Assembly: GCA_001443005.1 (NCBI GenBank)
Contig: LEKQ01000005.1
Location: forward strand, 64,809 to 128,808
DNA length: 64,000 bases
Reading direction: 5' to 3'
DNA from: a bacterium GBS-1
GTDB taxonomy: Bacteria; Synergistota; GBS-1
A program made the position numbers and the translations under genes. A model generated the notes under the pieces. That model ran no database searches. It was given only the letters and a program-made list of their open reading frames with translations, and had not been told where the DNA came from. Every line of letters starts with the position of its first letter. Within the stretch, counting starts at the first letter, position 1. Below are positions 49,335 through 58,691 of the stretch, in pieces.

Positions 49335-50639
49335 ATGTTGAGAAGCCTATACTCTGGTATATCTGGTTTAAAGAATCACTTAATAGATCTTGATGTTATA
49401 GGTAATAACATCTCGAACGTTAACACTATAGGCTTTAAGAAGAGTAGGGTTACTTTCAAAGATGTCCTGTATCAGACGCTAAGGAACGCTATGGCTCCCA
49501 CTGGTGCTATAGGGGGGATAAACCCCATGGAGCTCGGTATGGGGATGCAGCTTGGAGCGATAGATACGATATTCACTCAAGGTACCCCTCAGATGACGGG
49601 GAATAGCACTGACCTGATGCTTCAGGGAGATGGTTTTTTCGTCGTTAGCAACGGCACAAGCTACTACTACACCAGAGCAGGAGCCTTCTCCATGGATTCA
49701 AACGGAACCTTCGTTGATCCGGCGACCGGCTTTATCCTTCAGGGATGGGCAGCGAGCATATCAGCCGATGGGACTACTATAGTGGACACGACATCCTTGG
49801 TTCCAATAAGGGTAGAGGTTGGTTCTAAGCTGCCGGGGAAAGATACGACTAGGATAGATTTAGGGTGTAACCTCGACGCTTCGGCCTCCATAGGCACATC
49901 CTATAACACTTGGACCCAGGTGTACGATTCTCTGGGAAACACTCACGACCTTAAGATATCCGTTGTAAAGGTGGACCAGAACAGGTGGGTGGTTGGGTGG
50001 GTCTTAACATATAAAACCCCCGCTGGCAGCATAGGGGTGGCGGCTTCCGGCTTTCTCGCATCACTAACCTTCAACAGTAACGGTCTTCTCGATGTAACTA
50101 ACGATGTTACTGGGGTTATTAACATACCGCAAAACCCTATAACTTCATCCATCTTCAGTGGAGCAACTCTACCTCAGAGCATAACGGTTTACTTTGCCCA
50201 TAAGGGGGATGCCATAGGAGGGGTTACACAGTTTGCTTCTGATTTCACGATGTCGGCGAAGTATGTCGATGGTTATCCGATGGGAGTGCTTAAGAGCTTC
50301 ACCGTAGATCAGTCTGGGCTTGTAAGTGGCGTTTACAGTAACGGTAGAACTCAACCTCTTTATAAGCTTGCGGTAGCGGTTTTCAACAACCCATCGGGTT
50401 TAATCAAAGTTGGCAATACCCTTTTTGCTGAGAGCTATAATTCAGGGAAGGCTCAGCTTAAGTTTGCTGGCGAGGGGGGAGCAGGCGTTGTCTTGCAGGG
50501 CTATCTTGAGATGTCCAACGTTGATCTGGCCGAGGAGTTCGTGAACATGATCGTCGCTCAAAGGGGCTTTCAAGCGAACACAAGGGTTATAACGACTGCT
50601 GATGAGAACTTAAGGGACCTCGTTAACCTTAAGAGATAA
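49335..50639 (+). CDS. flgE: flagellar hook protein FlgE
   Basis: MLRSLYSGISGL N-terminus and ...MIVAQRGFQANTRVITTADE C-terminus. Confidence 0.9.
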   Translation: MLRSLYSGISGLKNHLIDLDVIGNNISNVNTIGFKKSRVTFKDVLYQTLRNAMAPTGAIGGINPMELGMGMQLGAIDTIFTQGTPQMTGNSTDLMLQGDGFFVVSNGTSYYYTRAGAFSMDSNGTFVDPATGFILQGWAASISADGTTIVDTTSLVPIRVEVGSKLPGKDTTRIDLGCNLDASASIGTSYNTWTQVYDSLGNTHDLKISVVKVDQNRWVVGWVLTYKTPAGSIGVAASGFLASLTFNSNGLLDVTNDVTGVINIPQNPITSSIFSGATLPQSITVYFAHKGDAIGGVTQFASDFTMSAKYVDGYPMGVLKSFTVDQSGLVSGVYSNGRTQPLYKLAVAVFNNPSGLIKVGNTLFAESYNSGKAQLKFAGEGGAGVVLQGYLEMSNVDLAEEFVNMIVAQRGFQANTRVITTADENLRDLVNLKR

Positions 50640-50656
50640 AGGAGGTATAGTTAGGT

Positions 50657-50851
50657 TTGATAAAGTTAACCAGACTTAATGGTAAGGAGTTCGTCGTAAA
50701 TGCGGATCTGATCGAAACTGTTGAAGCTACTCCCGATACGGTTATCACCCTAGTCAACGAGCATAGATACATAGTTAAGGAGTCTGTGGATGAGGTTATA
50801 AGAAGGGTGATCGAGTATAAGCGTGCATTGGGTAGACTTGTCGTGGTATAA
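50657..50851 (+). CDS. flbD: flagellar protein FlbD
   Basis: MIKLTRLNGKEFVVNADLIETVEATPDTVITLVNEHRYIVKESVDEVI. Confidence 0.85.
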   Translation: MIKLTRLNGKEFVVNADLIETVEATPDTVITLVNEHRYIVKESVDEVIRRVIEYKRALGRLVVV

Positions 50852-50886
50852 TGAAAAAGTAATGCTTTTACTGGAATGGTGATAGA

Positions 50887-51681
50887 ATGGATTTAGCAAC
50901 AGCAGCAGGTATCTTTATGGCATGGGCTTTGGTTTTTGGAGCGATAATATTGGGTGGAGATGTTGGTGCGTTTGTGGATGTCCCAGCTTTCTTGATTACC
51001 TTTGGCGGAAGCATATCGGTTGTTTTGGCAAGCAATCCACTTGCGAGGGTGAAGCTCTTACCTCAGCTTCTTAGAAACGCCTTCTTTACGAAGAGTCAGA
51101 ACATGATGGATGTGTTAAATATGATGATAAGGTTCGCTGAGAGGGCGAGAAGGGAGGGTTTACTTGCCTTAGAGGATGAAGCTGCGGCTTTGGAGGATCC
51201 ATTCCTTAAGAAGGGTATACAGCTTGTAGTTGATGGTACCGACCCGGAGTTAGTTAGAAACATACTTGATGCTGAGATATCCTTTCTTGAGGAGAGGCAT
51301 AAGTTAAACAGGTCTGTGTTCGAGACGTGGGGAGAGATGGCACCTGCCTTCGGTATGCTTGGGACCCTTATAGGTTTAATTCAGATGCTTGGGCATCTTG
51401 ATGATCCAAACGCCTTGGGTCCGGGAATGGCAGTAGCCCTTATAACCACATTTTACGGATCTATCATAGCCAATGCCTTCGCTCTCCCCATAGCCAAGAA
51501 GCTAGCGGTTAGGACGGAGGAGGAGGTCTTGCTTAGGGAGATGATCGTTGAGGGGGTTCTTGCGATACAGGCGGGTGAGAATCCCAGGATAGTTGAGGAG
51601 AAGTTGAAAGTCTACTTACCACCGGCTTTGAGGCTTACCTATGAAGGTTCTAAGAAGAAAGCCGAAGAGGAGGCTGCTTAA
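50887..51681 (+). CDS. motA: flagellar motor stator protein MotA
   Basis: MotA/TolQ/ExbB family with 4 TM. Confidence 0.9.
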   Translation: MDLATAAGIFMAWALVFGAIILGGDVGAFVDVPAFLITFGGSISVVLASNPLARVKLLPQLLRNAFFTKSQNMMDVLNMMIRFAERARREGLLALEDEAAALEDPFLKKGIQLVVDGTDPELVRNILDAEISFLEERHKLNRSVFETWGEMAPAFGMLGTLIGLIQMLGHLDDPNALGPGMAVALITTFYGSIIANAFALPIAKKLAVRTEEEVLLREMIVEGVLAIQAGENPRIVEEKLKVYLPPALRLTYEGSKKKAEEEAA

Positions 51682-51686
51682 AGAGT

Positions 51687-52418
51687 ATGCCTAGGGAGAG
51701 AAGGAAGAAGGGTGAGGAGACTAAGTCTCCCGGTTGGTTAACCACATATGGTGATATGGTCACTTTGCTTCTGACTTTTTTCGTTTTCCTGTTCTCTTTT
51801 TCCACGATAGATGTAATGCAGTTTCAAAAGATGATATTTTCCTTTAAGGGGGCTATAGGAGTTTTAACTGGTGGGAGGACCTTTGATGCGGAGAGGCTAA
51901 TTGGGATGGGTTTCACTGGCATGGATGCTGGCATGTTGAGACAGCAAACCCAGTATCTCAAGGAGGTCATGAAGCAGGTGGAAAGGCTCACCGAGAGGGA
52001 GAACCTTGGTGGGGAGCTTAAGATGAGATTTACGAGGGAGGGGCTCGTTATAACCTTAACGGAAAGCATTCTTTTTGATCCGGGTAGCGCTTCCTTAAAA
52101 CCAGGTGCTATACCTATACTACTTGAGCTTTCAAAAATACTTGCTGAGATCCCAAATGATCTCAGGGTTGAGGGGCACACTGATAACGTTCCTATAAGGA
52201 CACCCATTTATCCATCCAATTGGGAGCTTTCTGCGGCTAGAGCATCTTCCGTTGCTAAGTTCATAATAGATAGGGGGGGAATCGATCCTCGAAGGGTAGC
52301 CATAGCTGGTTATGGCCAGTATAGACCTATAGTTCCAAACGATACGCCCGAGCACAAAGCCCTTAATAGGAGGGTTGACATAGTTATATTAAGCACTAAA
52401 ACCCTCGTTCCCTTTTAA
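51687..52418 (+). CDS. motB: flagellar motor stator protein MotB (OmpA-like C-terminal domain)
   Basis: N-terminal TM with the plug region WLTTYGDMVTLLLTFF. The OmpA-like C-terminus contains NRRVDI. Confidence 0.9.
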   Translation: MPRERRKKGEETKSPGWLTTYGDMVTLLLTFFVFLFSFSTIDVMQFQKMIFSFKGAIGVLTGGRTFDAERLIGMGFTGMDAGMLRQQTQYLKEVMKQVERLTERENLGGELKMRFTREGLVITLTESILFDPGSASLKPGAIPILLELSKILAEIPNDLRVEGHTDNVPIRTPIYPSNWELSAARASSVAKFIIDRGGIDPRRVAIAGYGQYRPIVPNDTPEHKALNRRVDIVILSTKTLVPF

Positions 52419-52433
52419 GGAGGTTGGGGTTAT

Positions 52434-52898
52434 TTGAATCTTAAGTTTAAGTTGCCTATAGACCCAAAGATGATTATAGTGGTTCTGTTGGCGGTGATCC
52501 TTTCAGCTGGTGTTTCCTTCTTCATAGCTCAGAGGGTGATCACAAGCAGGGTTAGCTCAGGCAAGGATGTTCGTCCCGTTGAAAGCGGGCCAATCATGGA
52601 TCTGGGAGAGTTCACCATCAACCTTGCGGACAAGGATGAGACTCGATTTGCGAGGTTTAAGATTTCGTTAGAGGTTAGCAGCACTAAGACCATTGCCGAG
52701 CTTTCTAAACCTGAGTGGAACGTTCGTCTTCGTGATGCTATAATACTTACTGTGAAGGATAAGAAGGCATCGGACCTATCGACATCAGCGGGTCTTTTGT
52801 CTCTTGCGGTCGAGATAAAGACAAACTTAAATAAGATCGTACCTCCGGATAAAGGTAGGATTCTGAGGGTCTATTTTACCGATTTCGTTGTCCAGTGA
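52434..52898 (+). CDS. fliL: flagellar basal body-associated protein FliL
   Basis: Single TM, 154 aa, located before fliM. Confidence 0.85.
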   Translation: MNLKFKLPIDPKMIIVVLLAVILSAGVSFFIAQRVITSRVSSGKDVRPVESGPIMDLGEFTINLADKDETRFARFKISLEVSSTKTIAELSKPEWNVRLRDAIILTVKDKKASDLSTSAGLLSLAVEIKTNLNKIVPPDKGRILRVYFTDFVVQ

Positions 52899-52909
52899 GG
52901 TGAGGACTG

Positions 52910-53893
52910 GTGCCGGAGATTCTGTCGCAAGATGAAATAGATGCGCTTCTTGAGGCTTTAAGCTCTGGCACCCTAGATGTAGAGGCCATTAAGCAGAAGG
53001 AAACCAAGAAGATAAAAGTTTATGATTTCAAGAGACCCGATAAGTTCTCCAAGGATCAGATAAGGGGTCTCCAGATGATACATGAGAGCTTTGCTCGTCT
53101 TTTAACCACTACTTTATCTGCCAGGGTGCGCTCTGTGGTTCAGATGAAGGTCGTTTCCGTTGATCAGGTGACCTATGAGGAGTTCACTAGGTCTCTACTT
53201 AATCCAACAGTTTTGGTTCTCTTTTCACTGGAGCCCTTGGAAGGGACATCCATACTTGAGATCAACCCATCCTTGATCTTCGCCATAATAGATAGACTGC
53301 TTGGTGGTAGAGGGGAACCTCTTAGGAAGCCCAGGGAGCTCACAGATATAGAGGTAACCGTAGTTAGAAGGTTGATAGATGACTTTCTCTCGGTTTTGGA
53401 GGAGGCATGGGGGCATGTGGTTGAGCTTAAGCTTCGGTTTGAAGGCTTAGAGACCAATCCGCAATTTGTTCAGATAGCTCCTCCGAATGATATGACGGCT
53501 GTTGTGACGTTGGATGCTAAGGTGGGAGATATAGAGGGGATGATAAACCTTTGTTTTCCGTACTTTATTCTTGAACCTATAGTTTCGAAGCTCAGCGCTC
53601 AGTACTGGTTCTCCGCAATAAGAAAAGAGACTCCTCCTGAGATGCTTGAGAACCTTAAAAGAAGGTTGGAGAGGGTTAGGATTCCTGTTTCTGTCGAGCT
53701 CGGCACATCTTCAATAACTGTGGAAGAGCTTCTTAATCTGGATGTGGGTGATGTTATACTCTTAAATGAGAAAGTTAACTCCTTGGTAAGCATAAAGGTG
53801 GGAGAGAGGGTGAAGTTCAAGGGTAAGGTTGGGACCGTGGGAAGGAAGCTCGCTGTCCGTGTGGAGAGTTTAGCGGCAGAGGAGGAGTTTTAA
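52910..53893 (+). CDS. fliM: flagellar motor switch protein FliM
   Basis: N-terminal LSQDEIDALL CheY-P-binding motif. Confidence 0.95.
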   Translation: MPEILSQDEIDALLEALSSGTLDVEAIKQKETKKIKVYDFKRPDKFSKDQIRGLQMIHESFARLLTTTLSARVRSVVQMKVVSVDQVTYEEFTRSLLNPTVLVLFSLEPLEGTSILEINPSLIFAIIDRLLGGRGEPLRKPRELTDIEVTVVRRLIDDFLSVLEEAWGHVVELKLRFEGLETNPQFVQIAPPNDMTAVVTLDAKVGDIEGMINLCFPYFILEPIVSKLSAQYWFSAIRKETPPEMLENLKRRLERVRIPVSVELGTSSITVEELLNLDVGDVILLNEKVNSLVSIKVGERVKFKGKVGTVGRKLAVRVESLAAEEEF

Positions 53894-54988
53894 ATGAGTG
53901 ATGCTTTGTTAACGCAGGAAGAGATAGACGCCCTTCTTAGGGCGCAGGTGAGTAAACCGAAGACGGGAGGTTTTCTCTCCCCTGAGGAGCTAGATGCTCT
54001 TAGGGAGATCGGCAACATAGTTATGGGCTCTGCTTCAACCGTTTTGTCCATGCTTGTAAATAGGAGCGTTGAAATAGTCGTTAGGGATGTTAAGGATGGG
54101 GCTTTAAGGGATGTTTATGGTATTAAGGGCGGGAGTAACCTTATCTTAAGGATAACCTTTACCGAAGGGTTAAGCGGTGAGTCCGCTATAGTGCTCAGTG
54201 AGAAAGGAGCTCTTCTTATAGCTGATCTTATGATGGGAGGGGATGGTTCTAGCCTTCCGGGAGAGCTAAATGAGCTTTATCAGAGCGCCGTTAATGAGGC
54301 CCTTAGTCAGATGATGGGATCAATGGCGACGACTCTTTCAACCCTCCTTGGAGGGAAGTATGTTATACTTCCTCCTTCTTCGGAAAGGGTGGTTTTTGAA
54401 TCTAAGCCTCCCTTGATAAAGGGCTTAGGCGAGGAGGATATGGTAGTCTGCATAATATATAGCTTTAAGATTGGAGAGGATTTTGAAGAAGAAATGCTGC
54501 ACGTTTTCCCATTAGATATGGCTAAAGCGATGGTATCTAAGCTCCTTAAGAGGGCAAGTGAGCCAGAGGAAAGACCGGTCGTTGAGCAACCTGAGAGGAA
54601 GGGGCGCGTTGAAGCAGGGGAGGCTCCAACACCCTCCGTTTCTAAGGAGACTCCTAAGGTTGCAGCGGTTGAGGCTAAGCCTGTGCAGTTTGCTCCTCTG
54701 CAGACGGTTCAGGCTCCCTCCGTTCCTCCCAAGAACATAAATCTCATCCTTGATATTCCTCTTAAGGTTACCGTAGAGCTTGGGAAGACGGAGATGCTCA
54801 TAAGGGATATACTCAATCTGGGGCCGGGTTCTATAATAGAGTTGGATAAGCTTGCTGGTGAGCCTGTTGAGGTTCTGGTTAACGGAAAGCCTATAGCGCG
54901 AGGGGAGGTTGTCGTTATAGACGAAAACTTCGGTGTTAGAATAACAGATATAATCTCGCCGAGAGAGAGATTAGAGAAGCTTACGTAA
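53894..54988 (+). CDS. fliY: flagellar motor switch protein FliY (CheC-like + FliN domains)
   Basis: N-terminal LTQEEIDALL and a C-terminal FliN/SpoA domain (ILDIPLKVTVELG). Confidence 0.9.
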   Translation: MSDALLTQEEIDALLRAQVSKPKTGGFLSPEELDALREIGNIVMGSASTVLSMLVNRSVEIVVRDVKDGALRDVYGIKGGSNLILRITFTEGLSGESAIVLSEKGALLIADLMMGGDGSSLPGELNELYQSAVNEALSQMMGSMATTLSTLLGGKYVILPPSSERVVFESKPPLIKGLGEEDMVVCIIYSFKIGEDFEEEMLHVFPLDMAKAMVSKLLKRASEPEERPVVEQPERKGRVEAGEAPTPSVSKETPKVAAVEAKPVQFAPLQTVQAPSVPPKNINLILDIPLKVTVELGKTEMLIRDILNLGPGSIIELDKLAGEPVEVLVNGKPIARGEVVVIDENFGVRITDIISPRERLEKLT

Positions 54989-55019
54989 TTTGATTAAAAA
55001 TTTCCTCAGGAAGGGAGAG

Positions 55020-55394
55020 ATGGGTTATATGGGTGCTCGCGTTTTAATAGTAGATGATGCGGCCTTTATGAGGATGATGCTTAGGGATATTCTGACGAAA
55101 AACGGATATGAGGTAGCAGGAGAGGCTGAGAACGGGGCTCAAGCTGTTGAGAGGTACAAGGAAGTGAAACCTGATTTGGTGACGATGGATATAACCATGC
55201 CTGAGATGGATGGGATAACCGCGGTGAGGGAGATAAAAAAGATAGATCCTGCTGCTAAGATAGTTATGGTGAGTGCTATGGGACAGCAGGCAATGGTGAT
55301 AGAGGCCATTCAGGCGGGAGCTATAGATTTCGTCGTTAAGCCTTTTCAGCCGGATAGGGTTATAGAGGCGGTTAAGAAAGCTTTAAGCAGGTAA
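55020..55394 (+). CDS. cheY: chemotaxis response regulator CheY
   Basis: RVLIVDDAAFMR ... DITMPEMDG ... VSAMGQ ... receiver domain. The start is chosen at ATG 55020, which has a GGAAGGGAGAG RBS. The longest ORF begins at 54990. Confidence 0.9.
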   Translation: MGYMGARVLIVDDAAFMRMMLRDILTKNGYEVAGEAENGAQAVERYKEVKPDLVTMDITMPEMDGITAVREIKKIDPAAKIVMVSAMGQQAMVIEAIQAGAIDFVVKPFQPDRVIEAVKKALSR

Positions 55395-55784
55395 ATGCCC
55401 TTGACTTTGGTCTCTATCGCTTTAGCGCTAGATGAGGCTTCTCAGCTTAAGCTCCCCAGCTTTGGGGAGCTAATTATTAAGTCCATAATAGCTGTAGTTA
55501 TAGTTAGTCTCGTAATTGTGTTCTTCTTTTGGTATATAAGGGGATTTTTAAGGAGGGTTGGAGGGAGCGAGCTCATAAAGGTAATAGATAGGGTTTATTT
55601 AGATACAAGGAGGTTCCTTTGCGTGGTTAAGGTTGGTGAGAGATATTTCCTTCTGGGGGTAGGAGAGGGGGGGATAAACTTCATAGCTGAGCTTGAGAAG
55701 GTAGCTTCCACGGAAGGGGAAGAAGTTGCTTTTAAGTCTTCCTTTAGGAAGCAGCTTGAGAAGCTTTTGGGGAAGAGAGATTAG
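55395..55784 (+). CDS. fliZ: flagellar biosynthesis protein FliZ/FliO
   Basis: Small single-TM protein immediately before fliP. Confidence 0.7.
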   Translation: MPLTLVSIALALDEASQLKLPSFGELIIKSIIAVVIVSLVIVFFFWYIRGFLRRVGGSELIKVIDRVYLDTRRFLCVVKVGERYFLLGVGEGGINFIAELEKVASTEGEEVAFKSSFRKQLEKLLGKRD

Positions 55785-55785
55785 G

Positions 55786-56538
55786 ATGAGGGGTATTATT
55801 TTTTTTACCCTCTTTTTTCTTTTGGTCTTTAACTCTTTCGCTTTTGCACAGCCTCCGCCCATTCCCGTTCCGAGGATAAATCTTGGGTTTGAGCCCGCGA
55901 AAGGGCCGGAGGATGTAGCATTAAGCTTGCAGATACTCTTTTTGCTTACCGTTCTCTCTCTTGCTCCAGCTATCATTCTTATGGTCACATCCTTCACGAG
56001 AATAGTTATAGTTCTTTCCTTTGTTAGGAACGCTTTAGCTACTCAGCAGATTCCTCCGACGCAGGTGCTGGTTGGCTTGGCCCTATTTTTGACCCTATTT
56101 GTGATGATGCCTGTTTGGACGGATATAAACTCTCATGCTCTTCAACCCTATCTTAAGGGAGAGATCTCGGCTCAGCAGGCTTTAAATAACGCTGTTAAGC
56201 CCTTGAGGGAGTTCATGTTTAGGCAAACGAGAGAGAACGATATAGCCTTGATGTTTAGATTGGCTAAGTTGGAGAGACCTAGAAACAGGGATGATGTTCC
56301 AACGCATATTCTTATACCCGCTTTCATGCTAAGCGAACTTAGGATAGCCTTTGAGATGGGGGTTTTGATATACGTTCCCTTTATAATTGTAGATATGGTC
56401 GTTGCAAGCGTCTTGATGTCCATGGGTATGATCATGCTTCCCCCCATGATGATATCCCTTCCTTTTAAGCTTTTGCTCTTCGTTTTAGTTGATGGGTGGG
56501 ACCTTGTGGTCGGGTCTCTCGTAGCCAGCTTTAGGTAA
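55786..56538 (+). CDS. fliP: flagellar type III export apparatus protein FliP
   Basis: Signal-like N-terminus and the FliP family pattern. The start is chosen at ATG 55786, just after the fliZ stop. The longest ORF begins at 55726. Confidence 0.95.
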   Translation: MRGIIFFTLFFLLVFNSFAFAQPPPIPVPRINLGFEPAKGPEDVALSLQILFLLTVLSLAPAIILMVTSFTRIVIVLSFVRNALATQQIPPTQVLVGLALFLTLFVMMPVWTDINSHALQPYLKGEISAQQALNNAVKPLREFMFRQTRENDIALMFRLAKLERPRNRDDVPTHILIPAFMLSELRIAFEMGVLIYVPFIIVDMVVASVLMSMGMIMLPPMMISLPFKLLLFVLVDGWDLVVGSLVASFR

Positions 56539-56547
56539 AGGGGAGGG

Positions 56548-56823
56548 GTGATTATGACGGATAGCTTGGCGATCGAGGTTATGAGGAAGGCTTTATTTAC
56601 AACTATCTTGGTGTCAGCTCCTATGCTTGGCGTAGCTTTAGTGGTAGGGGTTATAGTTAGTATACTTCAAACTGCCACTTCGATTCAGGAGCAGAGTCTC
56701 ACCTTCATACCAAAGATAGTTGCAGTGTTCTTCAGCATCATCTACTTTGGGCCTTGGATGTTCCGCCTTGTAATCGACTTCACCCTTGGACTCTGGGGCT
56801 CTTTCCCAGTAATATTAAAGTGA
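56548..56823 (+). CDS. fliQ: flagellar export apparatus protein FliQ
   Basis: 91 aa with 2 TM. FliQ pattern. Confidence 0.95.
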   Translation: MIMTDSLAIEVMRKALFTTILVSAPMLGVALVVGVIVSILQTATSIQEQSLTFIPKIVAVFFSIIYFGPWMFRLVIDFTLGLWGSFPVILK

Positions 56824-56830
56824 TAAAGCT

Positions 56831-57601
56831 GTGGAAGATATATTAAGGCAGTTTGACGCCTTTCTCTTGGCTTTTTTAAGGATAACGGCTTTTTTGTTTT
56901 TTATGCCTGTTTTCAGTAGCAGGGTTATACCCGCTTTAGCTCGCTTGGGCTTGGCTTTCTTTCTTACCCTTTGTCTCTTTTATCCCTTTTCTTCCCTGTT
57001 CAAGATATCTCCCCTTTCTTCATGGGAGCTTGGACTTTACGCTTTAAGGGAGTTTTTCGTTGGGATAGTTATGGGAACCTTCGTTTCCATAATATTTTCA
57101 GCTTTCCAACTTGCTGGCACCATATATGGCTATCAGATGGGCTTCGGTGTTATCTCGATTCTGGATCCGGAGGCCATGGAGAGCGTAAGCCTCACGGGGC
57201 AGCTGAAGTATCTTTTGGCCATGTTTCTCTTCCTTGAGACGAACTGTCACCATAACCTTCTTTTAGCTCTCTTTAATAGCTTTAACGTCGTCCCTCTTGG
57301 TAGTGCGAAGATCACAAAGGGGTTAGTGAAGGAGATCTTTTTGGTATTCAGCGGTAGCTTCATTATAGCTGTTCAGATAGCCCTTCCAATTATTGCCATT
57401 CTCCTTATGATAGATATAGCTTTAGGTATCATAGGTAGAACTATACCTCAGCTTAACGTGTTTATAATAGGTTTTCCCCTAAAAATTGGGGTTGCTACGT
57501 TAACCTTGATTTTTCTATTACCTGCCCTAAGGGTTTTGATGGGAGGATTGTTGAATGGACTCGCACAGGGGGTTGACAAGGTGCTCTTTTATATTAAATA
57601 G
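56831..57601 (+). CDS. fliR: flagellar export apparatus protein FliR
   Basis: 256 aa, polytopic. Confidence 0.9.
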   Translation: MEDILRQFDAFLLAFLRITAFLFFMPVFSSRVIPALARLGLAFFLTLCLFYPFSSLFKISPLSSWELGLYALREFFVGIVMGTFVSIIFSAFQLAGTIYGYQMGFGVISILDPEAMESVSLTGQLKYLLAMFLFLETNCHHNLLLALFNSFNVVPLGSAKITKGLVKEIFLVFSGSFIIAVQIALPIIAILLMIDIALGIIGRTIPQLNVFIIGFPLKIGVATLTLIFLLPALRVLMGGLLNGLAQGVDKVLFYIK

Positions 57602-58685
57602 ATTCGATCTTCAGATATTCGCTGAGGAGAGAACGGAGCCAGCTACCCCAAGGAGGAGAAGAAGGGTCAGAGAAGAAGGGCAAGTTGCAAGGAGCACTGA
57701 GCTTAACTCCTTCGCTGTGGTGAGCGTTGGCTTAATTGCGATACTCCTTCTTGGGAAGTCTATGGAGAAGGAGCTTCTTTCCCTTCTCCAAACCTTTTTA
57801 TCAAACCTTCACATTGTCACTTACAGGGAGATGAATCTGAGCGCTGTTATAAGTGCAGAGACCGATTTGATTAGGTTTTTCCTCGGTATCTTAAGTCCCA
57901 TCTTCTTGCTTTCTCTGATTACCGCCGTAGCCGTTAACGTGGTTCAAGTGGGCTTTCATGTGACCTTCAAGCCCCTTGCTTTTAACCTCAATAGATTGAA
58001 TCCTGTGGTTAACCTAGGTAGAATCTTCTCCTTAAGGTCCTTGGTCGAGCTCGTTAAGGGAACAGTCAAGGCTTTGGCGATAGGCTATCTTATGTATAGG
58101 TTCATAAAGGCGGATTACCCTATATACCTTGACTCGCTTTTCATCTCATTCCCTGCGAACCTCGCTGTAATCACTAAGTTGATTTTTTTTACTCTTATTA
58201 AGATATTGCCCCTTCTTTTGATTTTAGCGATAATAGATTATACTTATCAGAGATGGGAGTTTGAGAGGAGCATTCGCATGAGCAAATATGAGATAAAGGA
58301 GGAGTATAAGCAGGTTGAAGGCGATCCGAGGATAAAAGCTAAGATAAGGGAGAAGCAGAGGGAGCTTGCGAGAAGAAGGATGATGCAGGAGGTTCCAAAG
58401 GCTCAAGTTGTTATAACGAACCCTGTTATGGTTGCTGTCGCTTTAAGGTATGATCCTGAGGTTATGAACGCTCCGGTGGTGGTAGCTAAAGGGGAGAGGT
58501 TGGTCGCCGAGAGGATAAGGAAGATAGCTGAGGAGCATGGTGTCCCAATCGTTGAGAACAGAGCTTTAGCTTGGGCTCTATATAAATCTGTCGACATAGG
58601 GGAGGAGATTCCCCCTGAGCTTTACAAAGCGGTGGCTGAGGTTCTCGCCTTTGTATACAGGCTTCAAGAGAAGGAGGTTGCTTAA
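57555..58685 (+). CDS. flhB: flagellar export apparatus switch protein FlhB
   Basis: N-terminal TEPATPRRRRRVREEGQVARS and 4 TM. The C-terminal domain has NPVM at the usual NPTH position. The exact start is uncertain (57555, or TTG at 57573). Confidence 0.95.
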   Translation: MDSHRGLTRCSFILNRFDLQIFAEERTEPATPRRRRRVREEGQVARSTELNSFAVVSVGLIAILLLGKSMEKELLSLLQTFLSNLHIVTYREMNLSAVISAETDLIRFFLGILSPIFLLSLITAVAVNVVQVGFHVTFKPLAFNLNRLNPVVNLGRIFSLRSLVELVKGTVKALAIGYLMYRFIKADYPIYLDSLFISFPANLAVITKLIFFTLIKILPLLLILAIIDYTYQRWEFERSIRMSKYEIKEEYKQVEGDPRIKAKIREKQRELARRRMMQEVPKAQVVITNPVMVAVALRYDPEVMNAPVVVAKGERLVAERIRKIAEEHGVPIVENRALAWALYKSVDIGEEIPPELYKAVAEVLAFVYRLQEKEVA

Positions 58686-58691
58686 GGGAAA

